DNA of 64,000 nt from Cenarchaeum sp. (GTDB lineage: Archaea; Thermoproteota; Nitrososphaeria; Nitrososphaerales; Nitrosopumilaceae): positions 1,024,001 through 1,088,000 of the forward strand of contig OY843584.1 in assembly GCA_963692915.1 (NCBI GenBank), written 5' to 3'. Of this stretch, positions 1 to 7,924 are shown piece after piece. The translations under genes were made by a program, and so were the position numbers. The notes below the pieces were generated by a model. It saw only the letters and a list, made by a program, of their open reading frames with translations, was not told the DNA's origin and did not search any database. How positions within the stretch are numbered: position 1 is the stretch's first letter; every line of letters begins with the position of its first letter.

Positions 1-393
1 CGACGGGCCAAGACGGATCGACTCGCCCGGCAGGAGCGTGCATGGCATGTCATCCTGCCCAATGGCGCACGCCGAGCCGTCAGCATGGCGCAGGCTTGCT
101 GACAGTGCGCACCCCTTTGGCGCACACGTGCCCTGTTCCGGAGACGCCAGTGTGAGCGAGGCGAGGCGCACGGCCTCGGTTCCCCCATTGCCCACCATCC
201 CGTGGAGAACCGCATGGCTGCCCCCAATTGCCTCAAGTCCAAGGCCTGACACGTTGAGTGAGGGGAGCGAGGACATCTCGCCTATTCGCGCGTCGAGATG
301 GTGCGACACGGCGAGGGCGAGTCCGGCCGTTATGAGGACGGCGAGGGCGACGGAGACCATGGCCGTCATGCGCGCCCACCCCGACTCACGCAT
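1..393 (-). CDS. Pilin-like secreted protein (archaeal type IV pilin-like), runs off the left window edge
   Basis: Not in the ORF track because its stop lies outside the window. ATG at 393, 6 nt after the VirB4 stop, and the frame is open to position 1: MRESGWARMTAMVSVALAVLITAGLALAVSHH...VGNGGTEAVRLASLTL...CTLLPGESIRL. It has an N-terminal hydrophobic helix and the N-x-G / L-x-PGES pattern typical of archaeal pilin globular domains, paralleling KNTG...IKPGST in the 11087-11605 pilin. Confidence 0.6.
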   Translation of the reverse strand, partial: MRESGWARMTAMVSVALAVLITAGLALAVSHHLDARIGEMSSLPSLNVSGLGLEAIGGSHAVLHGMVGNGGTEAVRLASLTLASPEQGTCAPKGCALSASLRHADGSACAIGQDDMPCTLLPGESIRLGPS

Positions 394-399
394 GCGCGC

Positions 400-2310
400 C
401 TAGGAGTTTGGGTTTGTGTCAAACATTTCATACTCGTCATTGAGGGGCTCGATGGTCACAAGGAGCCGGTGCTTGTCCGTGAGAAGGAGGCATTGTCCCG
501 TGTCAAAGGACGTGATCGCATCCTTTTCTTCCTCAGAGAGGCTCATGTGCTCAAGGAGGAGCTGGGCTTCGGACTCGGTGTTCTTCATGAGAAATTTTGT
601 GCCCGCGTTGCTCAGGTATGACTTGCCCTCTGCAGTGCTGACCATGTCGCTGAGCTCTTGCACGATGAATATGCACCAGACATTGTATGCCCTGCCAAGC
701 TTTGCGATGGACATGACATACTGCGCAATGCTGCGGTGCCTAAAGAGCTTCCAGCCCTCGTCAATTATGAGCAGCTTTGGAACATGACGGGGCATTGAAC
801 GGATCATCTTCCAGAACTTGCCAAGCGAGAGAAGCAAGAGTATGCGTTCATCATCATCACTTGCGTCATTGAACGCAAGAACTGTCCTGTCACCAAATGT
901 TGCGCTGCCCCTAAACACCTCGGACTGTCCTCCCATGACAAAGTCGTCAAGGTATGTGTGATAGTCCTTGCCGCCGCCGATCGCGCGCAGGTGCTTGTGC
1001 ATGTCATCGAGCGACGAGCATTTTTGCGCAACTGCCTTGAAGGCCTTGCGGGCCTTTATGTCGCTGCCAACCTCGGCTATGTCGGCAAGGAACCCTGCGG
1101 CAAGCGTGGGGTTGTCATCAAACACGAGAAACGGGTCAAAGCCCAAGCGACTCGACATGGTAACATCAACTATTTTCATCCCTTCGACGTCTGACAGTCC
1201 TGCGGCATACTCGCTCTTTGGGTCTATTCCCAGGAGCACGGCGTCCGGGTTTTTGCGCAAGAAACGGCGCGCGAGCATCTTTGTTAGAAACGACTTGCCT
1301 GCCCCTGACCACCCGATTATTGCAGTGTTGTAGTTTGGCCTCATGCGGTAGTTGAATACTATCGGCGCGCCGGTGTGCGATGACGTGCCAATGGCGATTC
1401 CGCCTGGCGCCTCCATGAGGTCATTTGACGTGAACGCAAAGAGCGGCTGCATGCTCTCAAGGTCAATTGTGAGATCCACGCCGAGTGAGTGGTTGGCGTT
1501 CCACAGGTCAAGGTGGAGTGCCGCCGGCGCATCGACCCTGCAAAAGCTCTGCTTGCAATACATCGCAAGGCGCCTCTCCTTCCTGCGTATCTCAGCAGGC
1601 GTTCCGGCAAGTATCGCCGTGATCGTCACGCTAAAGAGGCGCGTGCGGTTGTTGGATATAAGAGCCGTGAGGCGCTGCGCATTTTCCAGCTGTGCTGATA
1701 TCGTGTCATCACGCGAAGCCATCACCTTTAGGTTCTCGGTAAACCCGCGCATTCGCGTGGCCGCAATGTGCTGCTCGATTGGGCGAACAGTCACACATGC
1801 GGCCTCGAGAAGCCTGCCTGACGCGCCGTTGCCGTACGCCTCGACGTTCATGTTCATCATGTCCATTATCCATGCCGGAGGCATTGCGCTAGGCAACGCA
1901 TAGAACACAAAGCATCGCGCAGTGCGCCCGTCGGCGAGCTCGAGGCCAGCGAGGTTATGCCTCCTTACTGCAGGCCTCATGAGCCCAGAGCTCACCGTGA
2001 ACTGAAACCCCGAGGGCATGATCGCCGCATCAAGGGGCTCAGAGGAGGCCAGGTGCGTCTCGGGAATCACCATCTCGACTGTCCGGTCGCCGACCTCAAC
2101 CTCGACGGTCTTGCGCGACACCCATATCGTCATTGGCCTCGTGATCCCAAGGAGGATTGAGGAGAATCCCGAGAGTGCCTTGGCGCGCTCGTCATCATGC
2201 ATGCCATCAAAGTTGACCGGATACACGCGATAGACATAGCGCCGGTTCATCCTCTCCGTCTCCGGAACTGCAGTCGCGCCGCTGTCTGCCATCGTTGCTA
2301 GCCTCCCCAT
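400..2310 (-). CDS. virB4: VirB4/TraC-like (HerA/FtsK superfamily) type IV secretion ATPase
   Basis: 636 aa. NYNTAIIGWSGAGKS Walker A, LLGIDPKSEY, FDPF, LLIIDEGW Walker B, KLGRAYN...IVQELSD and a C-terminal LS-EE...GQCLL pattern characteristic of VirB4. GGTGA SD-like motif just upstream. Confidence 0.88.
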   Translation of the reverse strand: MGRLATMADSGATAVPETERMNRRYVYRVYPVNFDGMHDDERAKALSGFSSILLGITRPMTIWVSRKTVEVEVGDRTVEMVIPETHLASSEPLDAAIMPSGFQFTVSSGLMRPAVRRHNLAGLELADGRTARCFVFYALPSAMPPAWIMDMMNMNVEAYGNGASGRLLEAACVTVRPIEQHIAATRMRGFTENLKVMASRDDTISAQLENAQRLTALISNNRTRLFSVTITAILAGTPAEIRRKERRLAMYCKQSFCRVDAPAALHLDLWNANHSLGVDLTIDLESMQPLFAFTSNDLMEAPGGIAIGTSSHTGAPIVFNYRMRPNYNTAIIGWSGAGKSFLTKMLARRFLRKNPDAVLLGIDPKSEYAAGLSDVEGMKIVDVTMSSRLGFDPFLVFDDNPTLAAGFLADIAEVGSDIKARKAFKAVAQKCSSLDDMHKHLRAIGGGKDYHTYLDDFVMGGQSEVFRGSATFGDRTVLAFNDASDDDERILLLLSLGKFWKMIRSMPRHVPKLLIIDEGWKLFRHRSIAQYVMSIAKLGRAYNVWCIFIVQELSDMVSTAEGKSYLSNAGTKFLMKNTESEAQLLLEHMSLSEEEKDAITSFDTGQCLLLTDKHRLLVTIEPLNDEYEMFDTNPNS

Positions 2311-2334
2311 CGAATCACCGCAGGAAAATCCGAT

Positions 2335-3900
2335 TTAAGGGCGATAGTAGCGTGCCGTGGCGTCCATGACCTCAGCAGGCGAGGCGGGGTTGGAGGCGAC
2401 ACACTCCTCGAGGATTGACACTCGGCGCTCAAGGTCGGCTGCGGGGTTCTCTAGCCCAAGGGCCTCGGCCGCATCGCGCAGCCTAGCGCTCCTCTTTACA
2501 AGATCGTGCGCAGAGTGCTCGGTGAACGTGTCCCCTAGGGCATCATACCTGAATATCGTGTCCATGCGCGGCTCCGAGCCGGCATGGGCGCCCATGCTGA
2601 CCTCGTCGACGCCAAAGACCCTGCGCACAACCCTGCCGAGGCGCGGGGAGTGCAGCTCGCGGCAGTGCCACACTGTCCAGAGCAGCGACAGGTAGCTATT
2701 GTCCACACCCGCAAACCGGACACGCTCAATCGTCTTTTTTGCGCTTGGCGCGTGCATTGTGGTCACGCCACCGTGGCCGGCGGCCGCGTTCTCAAAGGCC
2801 GCATATATCGCATCGCGGCTGCGCGCCTCGCCGATGATGACGAGGTGCGGGTTGTGCCTGAGCGTGACGGGAATCAGGTCCTCTATGCGGTACGCAAGGC
2901 TCTTGTTGAGCGCAGATGCGCGCGTGCGAAGCGAGAGGAGGTGCGCGTGCGGCAGGCGCATCTCTGGCGTGTCCTCGACTGTCACGATCATCCAGTTGGG
3001 GTTTGCCATGGCAAGCAGCGCATTGGCCATAGTCGTCTTGCCCGAGGAGGTCACGCCGACGACAATGTTAAACGACATTGCGTCAACTAGCATCCACCAG
3101 TATGCGGCCATCATTGATGTGAGCATTCCCCCACGAAGGAGATCCGCGATGGTCAGCGGGGTGCGTGAGAACTTGCGCACATTCATGGCAGTGCCTGCTG
3201 ACACCTCCCGCCTAAACGCCACTGACACCCTGTCCCCCTCTGGCGTCACGGCATCGACTATGGGCTCAGCGTTGCTCGCGTGCGCGTCGCACTTTTCAAG
3301 TATGCGCGTCACGAGGCTGTCAAACTCGGCGTCCGTGCCGAGCCTGATGTTGGTTTTGTACACGGGGTATCCCTTGTGTGCGCGCAGAACCACCCCGACA
3401 TCCGTCCTTTTTGGTATCATAATGTCCTCAATGTTGTCGTCACGAAACAACACGTCTAGGTTCCAGTAGCCATAGGCGCGCCTGACGTAATAGTTGATCT
3501 CGGCGTGGTTGCCAGACACAAGCTCAGAAAAGCCGAGCTCCGATGCGGCTTCCCATATGCGCTCCTTAATCTCCTCGGCGCCGGGTCGCGCCTCGGCGCC
3601 AATGTCCATTGACATGTAGAGGTGGCTCGCTAGCGCGTGGACTGCCCACTCGAGCTCTGGGGACACCTCTGGCTCAGAGACGACGTAACGCCCGTCGCGC
3701 GTCACAAACACGCGAGCGTCGCCGACGTCATACGAGTCAATGACGTCTGCTTCTGTGATTGTGTGCGGCACAGAGGCGTGGCCGATGTCAAGTGCGTGGA
3801 GCTCCTTGTGCAGGCCGTCGCGAACCATGTCGCGGATTGCCTTGTCCATCATGTCGGTCCGAGCCCCAAACGCCCCGTCGCGGCGGCGAATTCCCAGCAT
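2335..3900 (-). CDS. Type II/IV secretion ATPase (VirB11/TadA/FlaI family pilus assembly ATPase)
   Basis: 521 aa. DDNIEDI, NVRKFS, Walker A GVTSSGKTT, Asp box TVEDTPE, Walker B LRHNPHLVIIGEAR and His box GHGGVTTMHA. The N-terminal Y-x-x-x-EP segment resembles archaeal FlaI/AapE. Confidence 0.92.
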   Translation of the reverse strand: MLGIRRRDGAFGARTDMMDKAIRDMVRDGLHKELHALDIGHASVPHTITEADVIDSYDVGDARVFVTRDGRYVVSEPEVSPELEWAVHALASHLYMSMDIGAEARPGAEEIKERIWEAASELGFSELVSGNHAEINYYVRRAYGYWNLDVLFRDDNIEDIMIPKRTDVGVVLRAHKGYPVYKTNIRLGTDAEFDSLVTRILEKCDAHASNAEPIVDAVTPEGDRVSVAFRREVSAGTAMNVRKFSRTPLTIADLLRGGMLTSMMAAYWWMLVDAMSFNIVVGVTSSGKTTMANALLAMANPNWMIVTVEDTPEMRLPHAHLLSLRTRASALNKSLAYRIEDLIPVTLRHNPHLVIIGEARSRDAIYAAFENAAAGHGGVTTMHAPSAKKTIERVRFAGVDNSYLSLLWTVWHCRELHSPRLGRVVRRVFGVDEVSMGAHAGSEPRMDTIFRYDALGDTFTEHSAHDLVKRSARLRDAAEALGLENPAADLERRVSILEECVASNPASPAEVMDATARYYRP

Positions 3901-3924
3901 GGCTCAATGTGCGCAAATGCGCAT

Positions 3925-4278
3925 TTAACGCGGCGCGGGGGTTCCCTCGAGGCCAGACTCGGTCAGCGCGGCGCGATACAGCGCGAGAGCCGAGTTTATG
4001 GCATCGACTGCAGACGAGGCGCGGCGCGCCGAGACGCTGATGCTGTGGCCATTGTGGTGATAGAGGCCGAGGCGGCCGCCCCGTCTCCCGCGCTCTGGTG
4101 AGAGCAGGCTGCACGATGCCATCTCGGCGTACCCGAGAACCATGATGCACCCTAGTCGGCCGTTCTCGAGCAGGACGCGCTTGCTGCTTACGTGCATGAG
4201 GCACGAGCCATGCCTAGTGGTGACCTCAAAGGCCGCAATGACCCTCTCGCCGTGCTGTGCGAACATCATCACACACAT
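3925..4278 (-). CDS. Small hypothetical protein, PH-like fold suspected
   Basis: 117 aa (the true start may be ATG 4269, about 27 nt from a CTTAAG box). Beta-rich with a C-terminal helix (SAVDAINSALALY). Similar to the N-terminal domain of the next gene (AAFE...GS..(L/M)H(I/V).....L...R.G.I). Confidence 0.6.
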   Translation of the reverse strand: MCVMMFAQHGERVIAAFEVTTRHGSCLMHVSSKRVLLENGRLGCIMVLGYAEMASCSLLSPERGRRGGRLGLYHHNGHSISVSARRASSAVDAINSALALYRAALTESGLEGTPAPR

Positions 4279-4319
4279 GTGGGGAAAAATGCACTTAAGG
4301 CCGCACGGCGACCTTTTTC

Positions 4320-5411
4320 CTATTGGCGATCAGGCTCTAGCATCCACTTGCGAAAATTTGGGTCGTCGTGCGCATCTTGCGCGTCATGGTGCCGCATTGA
4401 GCCCCCCGCCGTTCCCTGCGACCCCCCTGCCACACTGACGTTCTCGCGAAGGTAGTTTAGCTGGTCAATGACGCCACGATATGCGCTCTGCGCATACTTG
4501 CGCATCTCAGAGTTGAACAGAACCGTCTCATGGACCGACACGGGCGCGTGAAACCGTGGCACATACACGCCGGCAGGATCAGTCAGGTACGTCAGGTGGC
4601 GCTCAGCAGGCTCAGACACCTTGTCAAAGGCCATTGCCGACGTGAGCATCTCGGCTCGTATGGTGGACAAGAGTGTCCATGCGCTGCGCATCCCCCCGTC
4701 TCCGTCCCACTTTCGGTTCACGGCCGGATACCCGTGGAGAAAGCTCACATCGCCCTTTGCGAGGGTCACAGAGCCGTCAGCACGCCTAGAGTCGTACATG
4801 CCATGCGACCCCGGACCCAGCACGTCATCAGCCCTGCAAAAGAGGGCATTGTGCGTCACAAATGATCCTGCCTCGCTGTCATACCACGCGTCGTTCCAGA
4901 CGTGCCTGTCAGGCACCTCCCACGGTATGCGAGTATCCCTTGGCGTCACAACTGGGACTTTGGAGGATGCGAGAACGACGGATTTTTCCGTCACCTCTGT
5001 TGCGTGCCAATGGCACTCGTTGTTCCCAAAGTCCGTGCGCGTCCCGCCTGAAGGTTCCGGCTCTGTCCCCCCCTGCGCTGCCCGCAGCGATTCCACAAGG
5101 CTCACCTGCGAGGCATACGCCTCGTTTGCCGCCCTCATCTCGTGCATGACAGGGCCAGGATCCCCAAAGGCCAGATCGTATGACACAAGGTGCCCTGCCC
5201 CGTCATCCCAGGACAGCTTTATGCCGCTCTTGCCGCGCCGTGTGGCCGTGTAGAGCCTGTCCCAGGCGATATCAAATATGACGCCATGGCGCACGCTCAC
5301 AAGGACGAGTCCGGCAGTCGTGATGTGCAGGATTGCGCTTCCGACATTTGCGCCCCCCTTGGTCTCAAATGCGGCCGTCTCGCGGGCGCTCTCGTCTGGC
5401 GTTGAGCCCAT
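4320..5411 (-). CDS. Hypothetical protein with an N-terminal PH-like domain
   Basis: ORF track gives 4320-5453. I moved the start to ATG 5411 (MGSTPD) because a GCTTAAAT TATA-like box lies about 20-28 nt upstream. The N-terminal ~110 aa resemble the 3925-4278 protein; the C-terminal Trp/aromatic-rich domain is unrecognised. Confidence 0.65.
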   Translation of the reverse strand: MGSTPDESARETAAFETKGGANVGSAILHITTAGLVLVSVRHGVIFDIAWDRLYTATRRGKSGIKLSWDDGAGHLVSYDLAFGDPGPVMHEMRAANEAYASQVSLVESLRAAQGGTEPEPSGGTRTDFGNNECHWHATEVTEKSVVLASSKVPVVTPRDTRIPWEVPDRHVWNDAWYDSEAGSFVTHNALFCRADDVLGPGSHGMYDSRRADGSVTLAKGDVSFLHGYPAVNRKWDGDGGMRSAWTLLSTIRAEMLTSAMAFDKVSEPAERHLTYLTDPAGVYVPRFHAPVSVHETVLFNSEMRKYAQSAYRGVIDQLNYLRENVSVAGGSQGTAGGSMRHHDAQDAHDDPNFRKWMLEPDRQ

Positions 5412-5480
5412 GGCGGTGCGCGAATAAACTGAATTTAAGCTAAATATCGGCATATCTCACGGCTAGCAGTCGAATTACCT

Positions 5481-5494
5481 TTAAATTGAAAATT
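5481..5494 (+). promoter_or_regulatory. TATA-containing promoter element TTAAATTGAAAATT (copy 1)
   Basis: AT-rich island ending 14 nt before GTG 5509. An identical 14-mer with identical spacing precedes the 17469-18215 gene. Confidence 0.7.
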
Positions 5495-5508
5495 TACGCA
5501 GTGCTTTC

Positions 5509-6159
5509 GTGGAAACGGAGACCATAGCGATAGTGGTAGGCGTTCTCGGGATGATGGGAATGCTCTGGGTCACGCATGTCCGTGGCAATGCCCAGCTGGA
5601 CAAAAAGCTCGAGTCCGAGGGCAAGGCGAGGCGCGAGGAGATCGCCGATCTAAAGAAGGCGAGCGAGGCGGCGAACGAGAAGATCAGAGACGAGATGAAG
5701 GAGGGCTTTGGGTTGCTCCACGCCGAGATCAAGGCCGAGGGCGACGCGAGGCGCAAGGAGATCAAGGAAGCGGTCGACAAGCTGAGTGCGGAGATCAAGG
5801 CCGAGGGCGACGCGAGGCGCAAGGAGGTTAAGGAAGAGGGCGATGCGAGGCGCAAGGAGATCAAGGAAGAGGGCGACAAGCTGAGTGCGGAGATCAAGGC
5901 CGAGGGCGACGCGAGGCGCAAGGAGGTTAAGGAAGAGGGCGATGCGAGGCGCAAGGAGATCAAGGAAGAGGGCGACAAGCTGAGAATCGAGATCAACAAT
6001 CTTCGAGAGGAGAGACGTGTGGACAATAAGCAAAGACACCATGATAACAAGGAGCTAAACGGCAAGATCGAGAACTTGGCAGGCAGGTTCGAAGAGGTTC
6101 GAGACGTGCTCTTTAGGACGATGGGCGCCCAGAGACACATACTGCCCGAGCAGAAATAG
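5509..6159 (+). CDS. N-terminally membrane-anchored coiled-coil repeat protein
   Basis: 216 aa. TM helix IAIVVGVLGMMGMLWV, 11-aa charged repeats (EIKAEGDARRK / EVKEEGDARRK / EIKEEGDKLSA) and C-terminal motif LAGRFEE. Confidence 0.85.
   Translation: METETIAIVVGVLGMMGMLWVTHVRGNAQLDKKLESEGKARREEIADLKKASEAANEKIRDEMKEGFGLLHAEIKAEGDARRKEIKEAVDKLSAEIKAEGDARRKEVKEEGDARRKEIKEEGDKLSAEIKAEGDARRKEVKEEGDARRKEIKEEGDKLRIEINNLREERRVDNKQRHHDNKELNGKIENLAGRFEEVRDVLFRTMGAQRHILPEQK
5725..5984 (+). repeat. Intragenic 33-bp tandem repeats with a duplicated 99-bp higher-order unit
   Basis: GAGATCAAGGCCGAGGGCGACGCGAGGCGCAAG-type units. The 33-aa unit KLSAEIKAEGDARRKEVKEEGDARRKEIKEEGD occurs twice in tandem. Confidence 0.9.
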
Positions 6160-6197
6160 CGTGCCGCAAGTCCCGCAACTGAGACCACATGATGCGC

Positions 6198-7838
6198 CTA
6201 CTTTGCGGACTCTTTGGCGTCAGGGATCACGTTCCCCGAGTCGGCCTTGCTAGAGAGCCCACGCCGAATCGTGTCATCCACGTTGCCAATGTGCGTCCGG
6301 GCGTCAGGTCGCTTCGGCGCATGTGCCGACTTGCCAGATTGCGCCATACTGAGCTTCGCGTGGTTCATGTTGGCCTGCTTTAAGAATTCCGTGGTTTGCC
6401 CAGATAGATCGTAACAAAAGTCCTGACGACCGTACCTTATCAAGTCTGCTGCACGCGAGCCGGCCGTTCGCGCAATTGTGTATCCACGAGCCGCAATGGC
6501 CGGGGTATACGGCATGGCCGAGCGGATGCCAGACATCATTACTGTGGCTCCAAGGCCCGTTGTCGAGACGTGCTGCTGGACTGAAGACATGATCCGCGAT
6601 ATCATCGGCGCGAGCATTGCGGGAAAGTATATCGCCAGTGCGAGCACGGCTAGTGCCATAAAGAACTTGCGGACGCCATGCGTGAGCTCCTGGATCGCCG
6701 GAGGTGGAACCATCGTGCCAGAGTCCTCGCATGTGGGGTCGTCATCGGCACCACACGCGTCTGCGTCCCGCCCGACGTCACTCGGGTCGATCACAACCTG
6801 CACGACACCAAAGTCCCCGCTCTCCAGGTCAGCTAGGACAGCCACTCCTGCAGACACCGCAAGTGCCGAGAAGAGCGGCACTATTGTCAGTGCCACTAGC
6901 GTGTCACGCATGAGGGCTGTCACACGCGCAAACTGTGGAAGCAGCGAGAGCGCAAGCACAAGGGGCACAGCAACTGCCAAGAGTCCCGTGAGGACATACC
7001 GAACGGTTCCAAGTAGGAATGCAGTGAGCGTCATTGTGAGCAGCGCGATCGCCTTGAGAAAAAAGAGCATGATCTCAGTCAGGAACGCCGTGATGGTTCG
7101 CTCGTACCCCTCCCCGATCGCCTGAAGCGCGCCGCCGCCCTCGCGCGCAGTCACAAAGTCCACAATGGACGAAAATGCCGCATCCGCAATCGCCGAGCCT
7201 GCGCTGCCAAACAGCCGCGCATAGTCAACCTCTGGATACTGGCCGGGGCTCATGTAGACGAGGAGCTTGGCAACGGTGTCATGCGCACGCGAGGGATCCT
7301 CCGGGTTTAGTATCCACAGCGACATCCATTCCACGGCATCGGCGATCATGTCCCAAAAGTGCGGAAACACCATGATCACAATGAGGTAGAGCATCCCGTT
7401 GCCGAGTATCTTTGAGGCCGCGTTTGGCGGCACAATGTTGACCGATTCGAGGCCATAGCTCAGACCTGCCACAATTATGGCCACTGACATGACAAAGAAC
7501 GATATCGTGCGAAAGTTGAGGTACATGCCATATAGCGCGTTGCCCGGCTCGACTGACCCGTCAGCCGAGACGAGGGCCTCAAAGCGCGGCATTGACGTAA
7601 AGAGAAAGAGAAACGTGGCGGAGAGCTCCTTTTGGAAGAGGAGCGAGACTATTGCGATTCCTAGCAGTGCTGCGATTCCGGTGATGATGAGGAGCGGGCC
7701 GGTGATGAGGCCGGCTCGCCGGTGCGCCACGCGTCGCGAGCGCAGTCGCACATGGCAGAGTGGCTCGATGCGCGCAGCAAGGCTTGCGGCGATATTGCGC
7801 GCGCGCGGCGCTCCCACAAGGCGCAGTTGGGCCCTCAC
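6198..7838 (-). CDS. Polytopic membrane protein, VirB6/TrbL/CedA-like T4SS channel component
   Basis: 546 aa (start uncertain). About 7-8 hydrophobic segments, including the VirB6-like stretch RYVLTGLLAVAVPLVLALSLLPQF and a late FPAMLAP helix followed by a soluble tail. Located in a cluster with VirB4. Confidence 0.7.
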   Translation of the reverse strand: MRAQLRLVGAPRARNIAASLAARIEPLCHVRLRSRRVAHRRAGLITGPLLIITGIAALLGIAIVSLLFQKELSATFLFLFTSMPRFEALVSADGSVEPGNALYGMYLNFRTISFFVMSVAIIVAGLSYGLESVNIVPPNAASKILGNGMLYLIVIMVFPHFWDMIADAVEWMSLWILNPEDPSRAHDTVAKLLVYMSPGQYPEVDYARLFGSAGSAIADAAFSSIVDFVTAREGGGALQAIGEGYERTITAFLTEIMLFFLKAIALLTMTLTAFLLGTVRYVLTGLLAVAVPLVLALSLLPQFARVTALMRDTLVALTIVPLFSALAVSAGVAVLADLESGDFGVVQVVIDPSDVGRDADACGADDDPTCEDSGTMVPPPAIQELTHGVRKFFMALAVLALAIYFPAMLAPMISRIMSSVQQHVSTTGLGATVMMSGIRSAMPYTPAIAARGYTIARTAGSRAADLIRYGRQDFCYDLSGQTTEFLKQANMNHAKLSMAQSGKSAHAPKRPDARTHIGNVDDTIRRGLSSKADSGNVIPDAKESAK

Positions 7839-7924
7839 GCGTGGTGTGCCGGAGTTTTCCTAAAATGCGCGCGTGTGCCCATGAGCAACCCCGGATCCCG
7901 CTTTAATGCAAAATATGCGCACAT

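Noticed and set aside
5481-6188. 235-aa minus-strand ORF with LRLASPSS repeats
   Set aside because: It is the antisense of the coiled-coil gene, which has the promoter, TM helix and family motif.
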